From the NCBI GenBank assembly GCA_016234725.1, contig JACRAK010000019.1:5801-69800 (forward strand): a DNA stretch of 64,000 bases, read 5' to 3'. Both the position numbers and the translations under genes were made by a program. How positions within the stretch are numbered: position 1 is the first letter of the stretch; each line of letters begins with the position of its first letter. The notes beneath the pieces were generated by a model. That model had not been told where the DNA came from, ran no database searches, and was given only the letters and a program-made list of their open reading frames with translations. Positions 20,857-30,807 of the stretch are shown piece after piece. The DNA is from Candidatus Azambacteria bacterium. GTDB lineage: Bacteria > Patescibacteriota > Minisyncoccia > GWC2-36-17 > WO2-46-25.

Positions 20857-20871
20857 ATACTTTAAGCATTT

Positions 20872-20899
20872 TTGACTTGCGATATGCGCATGGTATAAT
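20872..20899 (+). promoter_or_regulatory. sigma70-type promoter (TTGACT, 16-nt spacer, TATAAT)
   Basis: Lies 7 nt upstream of the ATG at 20907. Confidence 0.55.
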
Positions 20900-20906
20900 T
20901 GCTGGT

Positions 20907-21086
20907 ATGAAAAAGCTCTCACCAAAGAAGAAAAAAATCATATCCCAAAATCAATTTGGCGTTATTTTGGAAGATATCAACGGAAAATTTGATCTGATGA
21001 TAGAAGGACAAAAAGCGTCTGATAAAAAGAATGAAAGTAATTTCAAGGTTGTTTTCAGTATCTTTCCAGATTTGAAGATGAATTGA
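20907..21086 (+). CDS. small Lys-rich protein (MKKLSPKKKK…), N-terminal-module paralog of the 21244 protein
   Basis: 59 aa. Its 5' region (gtatgaaaaagc.ctc.ccaaagaagaaaaaa) is duplicated at 21240. Confidence 0.5.
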   Translation: MKKLSPKKKKIISQNQFGVILEDINGKFDLMIEGQKASDKKNESNFKVVFSIFPDLKMN

Positions 21087-21214
21087 TGTTTATTAAAGCG
21101 GAAATCGCCGATATCAAAAAGACATTGACGCAGAAAGAGGATAAAGACAGGGTCGCTCTTTTGGAAAAGCGCGTAGAAAAATTGGAACGACAGCTTGCGC
21201 AAACGACACGGTAA
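21086..21214 (+). CDS. small coiled-coil peptide (42 aa), C-terminal-module paralog of the 21244 protein
   Basis: TGATG overlap with the previous ORF. Similar to the C-terminal coil of the fused paralog. Confidence 0.35.
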   Translation: MFIKAEIADIKKTLTQKEDKDRVALLEKRVEKLERQLAQTTR

Positions 21215-21243
21215 AATTTGAAAGGAATGATATAATTATTAGT

Positions 21244-21558
21244 ATGAAAAAGCCCTCGCCAAAGAAGAAAAAAGATGTTACCCTCAACGATCTCGCCCTT
21301 ATGATGGGAAGGGGTTTTAACGAAGTCCATGAAAAAATGGACAGGGGATTTGCCGGTGTGGATGTACGATTCGAGCAAGTGGATGTGCGTTTTGAGCAAG
21401 TTGACGAACGACTTGATCATTTGGATCATCAAGTAGCGGGGCTAAAAAAAGATTTTAATGATCTTCAAACTGCTGTTGACGGCTATGCAAAGAAAGCTGA
21501 TACCTATTTTCAGGAAATGGTAATGTTGGCGCATAAGGTCGATAGAATGGAGCGCTGA
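21244..21558 (+). CDS. small Lys-rich plus coiled-coil protein (fused form of the two preceding ORFs)
   Basis: Starts MKKPSPKKKKD and has an internal VDVRFEQ tandem duplication. Extended -10 (TGaTATAAT) at about 21226-21234. Confidence 0.55.
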   Translation: MKKPSPKKKKDVTLNDLALMMGRGFNEVHEKMDRGFAGVDVRFEQVDVRFEQVDERLDHLDHQVAGLKKDFNDLQTAVDGYAKKADTYFQEMVMLAHKVDRMER

Positions 21559-21621
21559 ATTTTACAGCTCGCAGAAAAGATGGGGGTTCAGCTTAAGGCC
21601 TAAGCATTCTCTATTTAACCG

Positions 21622-23907
21622 ATGGTTTTCCGAGAAAGCACTATCGTTTCCATTATAAAAGCCGGCGTATACGCCGCTCTTTTTTTACCGTTTATAGTCG
21701 TTCCGCTGTTTCTTTTTCCCTTTGCCACTTCGCGCGGCTTTTTGTTTCAGATCATCGTTGAGTTCGTTTTTGCGCTCTGGGCGGTGCTTGCGTTGAAAAA
21801 CCCTGTGTATCGCCCCAAAAAGACAGCGCTTTTTCTCGCGCTGTCTTTTTATTTTTTAGCAGTACTGCTTTCTACGATCTTCGGGCTTGACCCGTACCGG
21901 AGCTTTTTTGGCAACTACGAACGCATGTGGGGGTTCTTTTCGCTTGTACATTTCTTTTTGTTTTTTGTGGTGTGCGCGGGAATGTTCAAAACAAAAGAAG
22001 AATGGGCAAGGATCATCAAGATCACGCTTATTGTCGGCGCGCTTTCCGTTGCTTTTGGCATGTTCCAATTCGTCGGTTCGCTTGTGATGAGCGGCAGTGC
22101 GCCGCGCATTATGAGTACCATCGGCAATCCGGCGTTTTTTGCAAGTTATCTTTTCTTTGTATGTTTTTTTGCATTCCTTTTTTATGTGCGCGCCAAACTG
22201 CAGGGAAGTTCGGAATACTCACTTCGTTTTTTGTATAGCGCGCTTTCGCTTGTGGCGGTGTTTGCAATTTTAGCTACCGCAACGCGCGGCGCGGCGGTAG
22301 GGCTTGCGGCGGTATTTTTTGTTGGCGCGGCGTTGCTCGCGGTATTTTCCAAGAAACGCGCGTTGAAGATCGGCGCGATATCGTTTGTTGTTCTTTCGCT
22401 TCTTGGGGTAGTGGTGCTTGTCTCGCAGGGGGCGTTGTTTGAAAAGCCGGAGCGCATCACGCAAGAACAGTTTTATGGTATAGATCATTTCGACGCGCCG
22501 GTCGGGGAAGCGCAGAGCGTGCCGTTCCTTTCGCGTATTGCAAATATCTCGCTTTATGACGTAACGGTGCAAACGCGCCTTATCGCGTGGAAGTCGGCAC
22601 TCGGAGGAATGAAGGAGTCGTCTTTGCTTGGCGTAGGGCCGGAGAATTTTATTCTCGCGTTCAACAAACAGTTTGACCCGGCATTTTATTCCTATGAGCG
22701 TTCAGAAGTATGGTTTGACCGCGCGCATGATATCTATATCGACATGCTCGTAACGCACGGGTGGGTAGGGTTGATTGCGTATCTGGCTCTTTTTGCCGCG
22801 GCATTGTATACGATCATCTCGCTGTATAAAAAAGGTAAGCTCGATGCCTCGCACGCATTCGTATTTGCGCTGTTTTTTGTCGCGTACGCGGCGCAAAACA
22901 TTTTCTTGTTTGATTCGTTCTCGGCGTTTCTGATGTTTATCGTTGCGCTTGCGTATCTCAATAGTTTTTCTCAAGAACAAAATGCACCAGCGCCTCGCGG
23001 GGGATTTGTGAGCGTATCGATGCTTGCCGTGCCGCTCATTGGTGTGCTTTTGGTGAGTTATTTTTTTACTGCACGACCGGCCGCGGAAGCGTATTTTATC
23101 TCAAAGGCAGAAAGCGGAAGATACGATATCCATCAAACGATGGAATATTACCGGCAGGCGACCGCATATCATACATATGGCGACAACGAAGCACACAGTC
23201 GTATGGCGCTTGCGGTGGCAAAGTACATTCAGGGCGTTGAAACAAAAGAATTGCCGTCAGGCGTTGAAGCGTATCTCGATGAAGCGATCGCCGCATTGAA
23301 GCAAAACATCGACCAGACCAATCAATATCTCTTACTCTATCGGCTTCAGCTTTCCGATCTGTATAATTTGAAGCTCTCCCGTACAGGAATGGCGTCGCCC
23401 GAGATAGAAGACATTATTCGCACATCTATCGCGATAAGCCCGGGAAGAATGGAGTTTGAATTCGCGCTTGCGCAAACTGAATTTTTGAAGGGGGATTATC
23501 AGAAATCCATTGATATTCTGCTGGGAGCGTCAGCGAAAAACTCAGACCACCCTATGCCATATTGGAAGATCGCGCAAGCGTATCATTTCATGGGAAGCGA
23601 TGAGAAAGGCATCCCGTATCTTGAAAAGGCGTTATATCTCGGGCAAGGCGTTCGTACTGCGAAAGAGGTGCTGTGGGCGGAGAAGTATTATGTAGAGCAC
23701 GAAGACCTCGTGAAAATCATCTATATTGACCAGCGGATGCTGCAGGCAGGAGTGGATGATGCGGAGGCAATACGCCTTCATATGAACATGGCGGTTGTCT
23801 ACGCAAAGCTTGGCAAGAAAGAAAAAGCCATTGAGCACGCGCAAGCAATCGCGCAGCTCGACCCCTCCCAACGTGAAGCCGTGGATAACTTTATTAAAGA
23901 GTTATAA
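21622..23907 (+). CDS. polytopic membrane protein, O-antigen ligase/Wzy_C-like, with C-terminal TPR domain (paralog 1 of 3)
   Basis: About 12 TM helices followed by about 280 aa of TPR-like helices. Paralogous to the 28719 and 30808 proteins. Confidence 0.7.
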   Translation: MVFRESTIVSIIKAGVYAALFLPFIVVPLFLFPFATSRGFLFQIIVEFVFALWAVLALKNPVYRPKKTALFLALSFYFLAVLLSTIFGLDPYRSFFGNYERMWGFFSLVHFFLFFVVCAGMFKTKEEWARIIKITLIVGALSVAFGMFQFVGSLVMSGSAPRIMSTIGNPAFFASYLFFVCFFAFLFYVRAKLQGSSEYSLRFLYSALSLVAVFAILATATRGAAVGLAAVFFVGAALLAVFSKKRALKIGAISFVVLSLLGVVVLVSQGALFEKPERITQEQFYGIDHFDAPVGEAQSVPFLSRIANISLYDVTVQTRLIAWKSALGGMKESSLLGVGPENFILAFNKQFDPAFYSYERSEVWFDRAHDIYIDMLVTHGWVGLIAYLALFAAALYTIISLYKKGKLDASHAFVFALFFVAYAAQNIFLFDSFSAFLMFIVALAYLNSFSQEQNAPAPRGGFVSVSMLAVPLIGVLLVSYFFTARPAAEAYFISKAESGRYDIHQTMEYYRQATAYHTYGDNEAHSRMALAVAKYIQGVETKELPSGVEAYLDEAIAALKQNIDQTNQYLLLYRLQLSDLYNLKLSRTGMASPEIEDIIRTSIAISPGRMEFEFALAQTEFLKGDYQKSIDILLGASAKNSDHPMPYWKIAQAYHFMGSDEKGIPYLEKALYLGQGVRTAKEVLWAEKYYVEHEDLVKIIYIDQRMLQAGVDDAEAIRLHMNMAVVYAKLGKKEKAIEHAQAIAQLDPSQREAVDNFIKEL

Positions 23908-23948
23908 TACTTTATACTTTTAAACCCTTAAACATTTAAACTTTTCCC

Positions 23949-24419
23949 ATGAGCACTGCAAAATCATTTGAAGATCTGTTTGTGTGGCAAAAATCCCGGG
24001 AACTGGTAAACTGCATTTATTCGTTTACACGGAAACCGCTATTTGCCAATGATCGGGGACTTGCCGATCAGATCACTCGCGCCGCCGCATCGGTTTTATC
24101 CAATATCGCAGAAGGATTTGAGCGGGGAAGCAGGGAGGAGACGGTATATTTTCTGTACATCGCAAAGGCATCGTGCGGCGAAGTACGCGCGCAATTATAC
24201 GTCGCACTCGACCAAAAATACATCACGAAGACAGAGTTCGAAAAAGCTGCTGATCTGTGTCGTTTCACATCGTCGCTTATTTCTAAATTCATCGAAAGTT
24301 TAAAAGTATCACCGCATAAAGGCATAAAGTTCAAAAAGCCGATCGACAAGGAAAGAGAAGAATTTGAAAAGCAACTCCTCAGCTATCTCCCTACCGACCA
24401 CCCACTTCGCAATACGTAA
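23949..24419 (+). CDS. four-helix-bundle protein (TIGR02436 / Avd-like, 23S rRNA intervening-sequence protein family)
   Basis: FEDLFVWQKSRELV…ITRAAASVLSNIAEGFERGS…FLYIAKASCGEVRAQL matches the family consensus. Confidence 0.85.
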   Translation: MSTAKSFEDLFVWQKSRELVNCIYSFTRKPLFANDRGLADQITRAAASVLSNIAEGFERGSREETVYFLYIAKASCGEVRAQLYVALDQKYITKTEFEKAADLCRFTSSLISKFIESLKVSPHKGIKFKKPIDKEREEFEKQLLSYLPTDHPLRNT

Positions 24420-24482
24420 CCACTAATTTTTTAAACCCTTATACTGTTAGACATTTGAACTTTATATCTTTAAACTAAATCT

Positions 24483-24986
24483 ATGGAATCACAAGAGCAA
24501 GCACAACAAAACAAAAAAAGAGTCCCAAAAGCGCTAAAGATCGCGGGGATTGCAATTGGTGCACTTGCCGTTTTTCTAATAACAGCGTTTTACGGCCTTT
24601 CGTGGTATGGAGAGTGGAGCTTGAGGCAAGACGTTGCACGGATCATTGAGCAGCAAAACCGGCCATATCTTGAAGACACCTATGGAGGAAAAACGCCAAA
24701 AGAAACACTTGAGCTTTTCATTGCTGCAGTCGAAAAAGAGGACTTTACTCTCGCAAGCAAATACTTTGTTTTGAGCAAACAAAGAGAATGGGAGAGCGGA
24801 TTGGGAAAGATAAAGGAAAGGAATAATTTGAATTTACTGCTCGAAAAGATGTATAAAATGGAAGACAGGGGATTTTTAGGCCCCGATTCATTTCAAATGG
24901 CGGCAAAAGATGAAAAAGGCGTTTTTATGACTTTCATATCATTTATTAAATATCCATCTGGTATCTGGAAAATTCAAGAACTCTAA
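24483..24986 (+). CDS. hypothetical membrane-anchored protein
   Basis: N-terminal TM followed by a soluble domain. Confidence 0.45.
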   Translation: MESQEQAQQNKKRVPKALKIAGIAIGALAVFLITAFYGLSWYGEWSLRQDVARIIEQQNRPYLEDTYGGKTPKETLELFIAAVEKEDFTLASKYFVLSKQREWESGLGKIKERNNLNLLLEKMYKMEDRGFLGPDSFQMAAKDEKGVFMTFISFIKYPSGIWKIQEL

Positions 24987-24987
24987 A

Positions 24988-27900
24988 ATGACAAAAAAAA
25001 TCTCATTTTTTCTCATAGTTTTTGCATTCATTTCCCTTGTTTTTTTTCAGCAGGGCAGGGGATACGATGACAAAACCACCCACCCAGGTCTTACTGACGA
25101 GATGGTTGATTTTTATAATGCTTCATTTGATGCAAAATTAACCAGCGAAGAAAAAGAGTGGATAGTTCAGGGAGCGATAGATGAAGATATTCCGCCTCGG
25201 TGGATAAACCATTTTTATGATCCAATTTATAACGAAGGATGGAAAGCAGAAAATCTCGGCACCGTACCGCCCTCAACACTTCGCTTTCTTTCCGGCATAT
25301 TTTTTAACATCAATACAGAAATTGTTTCTTCAAAGCAGTGGGTTCATGATGAGGTTTTACAGGCGCGCTATACAAGTTATGGTGGAAATAACACGTGGGA
25401 AAATGCTATTCGCCAATATGCAAACGGCAATAAAAAAGATGCATATTATATTTTAGGTCATGTTTTGCATTTGCTTGAAGACAAGACAGTTCCTGATCAC
25501 ACAAGGAACGATACTCATGCTCATGAAGGATCATTTATTAGTGGCGATGGAGGTAGTCCATATGAAGATTATGGCAGGAATTTTAATCGGCAGAATTTAA
25601 CGACAGCGCAAGAGTTGCGCCAGTTGAATAAACAACCATTTTTTCTACCTTCAATTGATGAATATTTTGATTATCTTGCAAAGTATTCAAACGGCTATTT
25701 TTTTAGCGAACATACAATAAATTTAAAAAAATATACGAATCCTAAAATTATAAAAGAAAGGATCTACAATAATGATCTTTTTTTAGGTTACAGCAAGGAT
25801 AAGGATGGAATAGAATTTCCATTGGTAAAAATAAAAGAAACGTTTGATACAGGAAGTGGGGGCGTATTGCGAGAATATTCTGTAAATGAAAAATATATCT
25901 TAGAGAATTATTTCTCCCGGCTTACTCAAGAGGCGGTTCTATCTGGTGCCGGTGTTATTAAGTTATTTCACGAGGAAGCGGAAAGGGCTAAACAAAACAA
26001 AGCATCTATTTCTCCTGTACCACAAATAAGCTGGTGGCAACAAATGAGATCTCCTTTATATGGTGGCATTGCCTTGTATAATAACGTAAACGAAACAGTG
26101 GTAAGCGCATATAGTTTTGTTACCTCTTTTACCGCTAATACCATCTCTTTTTTTGGTAATTACTCAAATCTATTTGCCGCGCAGCTGAGCGGGTTGATCA
26201 GTACAAACGCACAGCCAGCGCCTGCGCCGGCGGTGGTTGTCGTGCAAGAACCCGCTTTGGTGCCTGTTGAAATCAATGCGGGTTCGCCCATCCCTCCGCA
26301 ATCGATAGATGTCCCCGCAGAGACAGCCGCCGCTCCCACGATAGCTGCTCCGCAAGTAACACCCGCGGCAGAGATGATTACTGTGCCGCCGCCCGCTAAT
26401 GTAGTAGAAATTCCCGCGATAATATCCGAAGCGATCGTAGATGTTCTGCCTTTACCCGCGCCGGTATATCGCGGCAGCGCTTCCGTGACGGGTGTTTCGC
26501 CGGATGCATTGGTGGCACAAAATAATACCCCATTAACCGCAGCAGAGACACAGACAACAAATACAACGACAGCCACAACTTCTACAAATGATACGCTTGC
26601 GACAACGACCGACAGCACTTTTGCAACCACGACCGATGCGACGAAAGGCGATACGGCAACATCAACGGAAGAAGTGATCGTGTCAGCGACACCGACCGAG
26701 CCGGTGATCGCAGAGACACCAGAGGTCATTGATGGGCCGCCGGTCGTCATCAACGAAATTGCCTGGATGGGCACGAAAGCGCAGGCAAATGACGAATGGA
26801 TAGAGCTGTATAACAAAACAAACAGCGACATCGACCTTTCCGGCTGGATGCTTGAAAGCAGGAATCAGCGATTTTCCGTCGCATTGCAGGGCGTGATTCT
26901 TGCGAAGGGATATTTTTTGCTTGAACGTACTGCAAGCACGACGACAGATCAAGCGGAGAACATGACATACTCTTCGCACAAAGGCGTGTTGGTGGACTCC
27001 GGACCGGATGCAAATGTGTATCTCAAAAACGGCACGACAACAGTTGACAATGTTGATTTTAACAACCGTTGGATCGCAGGAGAGAACGGGGTGAAGCGCA
27101 CCATGGAGCGGGTGAGTCCATATGCGACGAGCACGCTCTCATACAATTGGAAAACATATTCCGAAGCGCTTACACCGCCATTTGCAAAAGCCGCAATCGT
27201 AGATGGTATTGCAAACGACATCCTCGGTACGCCGGGCGCGAAAAACAGCGTGACCGGATACTATACGCCAACGGGGGGTGTCACCGAGAATACCGTATGG
27301 CGTAAGGCGTACAGCCCGTATTATGTGCCGGCCTCCACCGCCATTCTGCAAAATGCGACGCTTACGATAGAGCCGGGAACAGTGGTTAAATTTGCTAAAG
27401 GAGGATACTCTTATCCCGGTGGGCTGGAGGTGCATGGTGTTTTAAAGGCGGAGGGCACGCAAGCCGATCAGATCATTTTTACTTCATTTCTGGACGATGC
27501 GGTAGATGGTATCGATTCCAATCAAGATGGAAAATCCACAAGTCCTGCGCCCGCAGATTGGATGCGCATTGATTTTTTCAACACGACGAAGCCATCGGTG
27601 ATCCGTTACGCAAAAATATACTATGGCGGACAGGGGTACACCAATGCTAACGGTTATCCCATGTATTCCGGCGCAGTTAATATTCAAAATGCAAGCCCTG
27701 TTATTTCTGATTCCCTGTTTGACGGCAATAAAGCGATATCTCTCTATGTCAAAGGAGATTCGCATCCGATCATTACAGGAAACACTATTAAAAACACCGT
27801 GACGCCATACGGATACGGCATCCAACTTGCCAATGCCAGCTCCACAGCGGACATTATTGGGAATATTTTTGAGGACAATGGCGTCGGTATCAGCTCTGAA

Positions 27901-28722
27901 TCCGCGACAAGTACGCCGCTTATTGTGAGGGACAATACATTCGCGCGCAATCAGAAAAACGGCGAGTTTAAGGGCGGCACCGACTTCAACCTTGATAACG
28001 CGAATAATCAGGACAGCGAGCGTAAAGGAGGGTTTTATATTCGGCTTGTTGTGAGCGAGGGACAGACAAAAACGCTGAAACAAGATACGATGCCGTATAT
28101 TCTCGAAAGCGGGTTTACCGTAGCGGAAGGAGGCACGCTCACCATTGAGCCGGGCGCGGTCATTAAAAGCAAAAATTTAAACGATTTCGGTTCTTTTGCG
28201 GTGCCGTTTATCATAGAAGGAACGCTGCGCGCACAAGGAACAGCGGCCGCACCGATCGTATTCACCGCATTTGCAGATGATAGCGACGGATATGACAGTG
28301 ATGGTTCGGCAGCCGCCCCCACTCCCGGCGCATGGAAAAACATCCAATTTATCGGCGCAACATCGTCCGATTCTATTTTAGAATATGTGAGTGTTCGTTA
28401 CGGAGGACGCGGTACGAATGTATGTCCCTATGCGTACTTCAGTGGTCCGTGCATGGAATATAAAGGCGCGGTACTTGTGCAGGATGCAAGCCCGACCATT
28501 TCGCACGCGGCATTTAACCGCAATCTCGCGATAGCTATTTTCGTAGAAGGGGATGCGCAACCGATCATCGAATACTCTGATATTCGCGATACACAAGTAG
28601 GAGTGAAAAGTCCGCGGGAAACTATCGGCGGCATCGGTATCAGCATTGGCGCGCAGTCAACGCCGACGCTTACCGATAATACTTTCTCAAACAATCTCGA
28701 GGATGTAATAGATAGGCCATGA
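24988..28722 (+). CDS. giant secreted protein: N-terminal His-rich putative metallohydrolase domain, Pro/Thr-rich linker, lamin-tail domain, right-handed beta-helix repeats
   Basis: Signal peptide; HVLHLLEDKTVPDHT / HAHEG; lamin-tail domain motif VVINEIAWMG…EWIELYN…DLSGW; repeated NxxxxN/GxGI beta-helix rungs. 1244 aa. Confidence 0.8.
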   Translation: MTKKISFFLIVFAFISLVFFQQGRGYDDKTTHPGLTDEMVDFYNASFDAKLTSEEKEWIVQGAIDEDIPPRWINHFYDPIYNEGWKAENLGTVPPSTLRFLSGIFFNINTEIVSSKQWVHDEVLQARYTSYGGNNTWENAIRQYANGNKKDAYYILGHVLHLLEDKTVPDHTRNDTHAHEGSFISGDGGSPYEDYGRNFNRQNLTTAQELRQLNKQPFFLPSIDEYFDYLAKYSNGYFFSEHTINLKKYTNPKIIKERIYNNDLFLGYSKDKDGIEFPLVKIKETFDTGSGGVLREYSVNEKYILENYFSRLTQEAVLSGAGVIKLFHEEAERAKQNKASISPVPQISWWQQMRSPLYGGIALYNNVNETVVSAYSFVTSFTANTISFFGNYSNLFAAQLSGLISTNAQPAPAPAVVVVQEPALVPVEINAGSPIPPQSIDVPAETAAAPTIAAPQVTPAAEMITVPPPANVVEIPAIISEAIVDVLPLPAPVYRGSASVTGVSPDALVAQNNTPLTAAETQTTNTTTATTSTNDTLATTTDSTFATTTDATKGDTATSTEEVIVSATPTEPVIAETPEVIDGPPVVINEIAWMGTKAQANDEWIELYNKTNSDIDLSGWMLESRNQRFSVALQGVILAKGYFLLERTASTTTDQAENMTYSSHKGVLVDSGPDANVYLKNGTTTVDNVDFNNRWIAGENGVKRTMERVSPYATSTLSYNWKTYSEALTPPFAKAAIVDGIANDILGTPGAKNSVTGYYTPTGGVTENTVWRKAYSPYYVPASTAILQNATLTIEPGTVVKFAKGGYSYPGGLEVHGVLKAEGTQADQIIFTSFLDDAVDGIDSNQDGKSTSPAPADWMRIDFFNTTKPSVIRYAKIYYGGQGYTNANGYPMYSGAVNIQNASPVISDSLFDGNKAISLYVKGDSHPIITGNTIKNTVTPYGYGIQLANASSTADIIGNIFEDNGVGISSESATSTPLIVRDNTFARNQKNGEFKGGTDFNLDNANNQDSERKGGFYIRLVVSEGQTKTLKQDTMPYILESGFTVAEGGTLTIEPGAVIKSKNLNDFGSFAVPFIIEGTLRAQGTAAAPIVFTAFADDSDGYDSDGSAAAPTPGAWKNIQFIGATSSDSILEYVSVRYGGRGTNVCPYAYFSGPCMEYKGAVLVQDASPTISHAAFNRNLAIAIFVEGDAQPIIEYSDIRDTQVGVKSPRETIGGIGISIGAQSTPTLTDNTFSNNLEDVIDRP

Positions 28723-30806
28723 GCGACAATATTCTTGTAAACATCATCAAGTGGCTCACGGGCGCGGCATTGTGCGTGCCGCTTGTGTTTTCGGTGTATT
28801 TTTACCCGTCACACATTGCGCCCCAGACATTTCTTTTTCGTCTGATCGTGGAGGCGATGCTGTTTGCGTATCTTGTATTGGTGTTGCGAAACAGCGCGTA
28901 TGCGCCAAAGTTTTCCCCGATGCTGTGGGCAGTTGCTGTATTTATCGGGGCGCAGGCGCTTGCGGGCGCGTTCGGGGTTGACCCAATACAGAGTTTTTTT
29001 TCCGATTTTGAGCGGCATTGGGGATTTGTAACCATTATCCATTTTTTCGCATTTTTTGTGATCGTGAGCGCGGTGGTGCGCGAGGAGCGCTCGTGGCGCT
29101 GGCTCCTTGCGGTGTCGGTAGGAGCAAGTTTTCTTTCTGCAGGATATGGTGTGTACCAATTCTTCTTTGAAGATATCGGGCGCATCTATAGCACCATCGG
29201 TAATGCCGGATTTTTTGCGACGTATCTGTTACTCAATGCGGCACTTGCGCTATGGCTTGCGCTCGGCGCGTTTTTTGCGCGTCCGTGGCGGTTTGCGTTC
29301 GGAGGCATTGCCCTTGTGAATGCAGTGGTCGCCATGCTCACCAGCACGCGTGCGGCGATGCTTGCGCTTGCGGCGGGAATATTCGTGATAGGGTGCGGAT
29401 ATATTTTTTGGTACGAGTATAAGACAAAGCGGTTGAAGATGGTCCTTGCGACGCTTCTTGTTGTTTTTGTGCTGGTGGGAGGTGCGGTGCTTGCGCTTGC
29501 GCATACCGGCTTTGGTGCAAAAATAGGGATCAGCCGGCTTGCTATTTTTTCGCTTTCCGACGTTACGACGCGCACGCGCCTTTTTGCGTGGCAGGCGGGG
29601 TGGAAAGGATTTTTGGATGCGCCGCTTCTTGGCGCGGGCCCTGAAAATTTCAAAGTCGTGTTCAACAAATATTTTGACTCCGGGTTTTACGCGTATGAAA
29701 TAGGAGAGACCGAGTTTGACCGCGCGCATAACATATTCATCGAACAGCTCTCTACGGGCGGCGCTATCGGCTTTATCGCGTATGGTACTCTGTTTGCGGT
29801 GTTTTTGTATCTTGTATGGAGCGGACAGCGCACGGGTGCATTGAGCGCGCACGCTTCAATTATCCTTGCCGCGTTTGCGGTGGCGTATGGCGTGCAAGGG
29901 TTTTTCAACATGGACACATTCACATCCTTTTTGCCGCTCTTTTTGGTGTTTGGATATGTCGCGGCACGCACCACGCATACGAGCGAAGAACATCCTCATG
30001 TGCCAAATGCCGCGCAAGGATCGCTCACATTTTCTTTTGCGGCGGTTGCGCTTATAGTATTTTTTGCGCTTGCGTATGTGGGGTGGGCGGTGAATATACA
30101 TCCTGCCCGAGCCGATCGCGCGCTTTCCGATGCGGACGATCTGCGCCAGCGCATAGGGGAGATGGATCAAAGCGATGTGCTTGGTGCGGCAACGGCAGCA
30201 TACCGGCGCGCACTTGACCTTTCTACGTACGGAAAAGGAACGGTTCAAAAATCGCTTGCCGCATACGCGCTCGGTTTCTATCAAACATTCGGGAGGCGAT
30301 CACCGCAAGCATTCAGCGACGAATTTCTTCCATTTTCCATGCGTGAGCTTGAAATATATATCCAACAGCATCCTCGTGATTATCTCGCGCATAGCACACT
30401 CGGGAAACTGTATAATGTTCAACTCCTGCTTACTGCAAAAAAAGATGAGCAGATCGAACGCATGCTCGCGCAGGCACAGACGCTTGCGCCGGAACGGCTT
30501 GAGATGCCGTTGGTGTTCGCACAGCGCGCGTTGATCGAGGGCGATTACAATGCCGCGGCCGCGCACGCAGACGAAGGGATAGCAAAAAGCAAAAAATTTC
30601 TCGATTTTTATCGTGTCGCGTTTATCGCGTATAGCTTACAAGGAAATGAAGACAAGGCGTTTCGCGCGCTCGATGAGGGCGTACACAATGGACTTTCTCT
30701 GGTAAGCGAGAAAGAAATGGGGTGGCTTGCACAGCAATACGAGCGGCGCGGCATGGAGGAGGAAGCAGAAAAGTGGTATGCGCGCGCGGCAGAGGTGGCT
30801 CAATGA
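28719..30806 (+). CDS. Wzy_C-like polytopic membrane protein with C-terminal TPR domain (paralog 2)
   Basis: ATGA start/stop overlap with the upstream giant gene. Same architecture as the 21622 protein. Confidence 0.75.
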   Translation: MSDNILVNIIKWLTGAALCVPLVFSVYFYPSHIAPQTFLFRLIVEAMLFAYLVLVLRNSAYAPKFSPMLWAVAVFIGAQALAGAFGVDPIQSFFSDFERHWGFVTIIHFFAFFVIVSAVVREERSWRWLLAVSVGASFLSAGYGVYQFFFEDIGRIYSTIGNAGFFATYLLLNAALALWLALGAFFARPWRFAFGGIALVNAVVAMLTSTRAAMLALAAGIFVIGCGYIFWYEYKTKRLKMVLATLLVVFVLVGGAVLALAHTGFGAKIGISRLAIFSLSDVTTRTRLFAWQAGWKGFLDAPLLGAGPENFKVVFNKYFDSGFYAYEIGETEFDRAHNIFIEQLSTGGAIGFIAYGTLFAVFLYLVWSGQRTGALSAHASIILAAFAVAYGVQGFFNMDTFTSFLPLFLVFGYVAARTTHTSEEHPHVPNAAQGSLTFSFAAVALIVFFALAYVGWAVNIHPARADRALSDADDLRQRIGEMDQSDVLGAATAAYRRALDLSTYGKGTVQKSLAAYALGFYQTFGRRSPQAFSDEFLPFSMRELEIYIQQHPRDYLAHSTLGKLYNVQLLLTAKKDEQIERMLAQAQTLAPERLEMPLVFAQRALIEGDYNAAAAHADEGIAKSKKFLDFYRVAFIAYSLQGNEDKAFRALDEGVHNGLSLVSEKEMGWLAQQYERRGMEEEAEKWYARAAEVAQ

Positions 30807-30807
30807 T

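Noticed and set aside
20395-20925. ORFs 20395-20607 (+), 20456-20875 (+) and 20671-20925 (−) within the hairpin array
   Set aside because: They read through successive perfect palindromes. Their composition is repeat-driven with no start context. They are more likely non-coding.
23949-24419. Diversity-generating retroelement around the Avd-like gene
   Set aside because: No reverse-transcriptase ORF and no template/variable repeat pair are detectable within the window.
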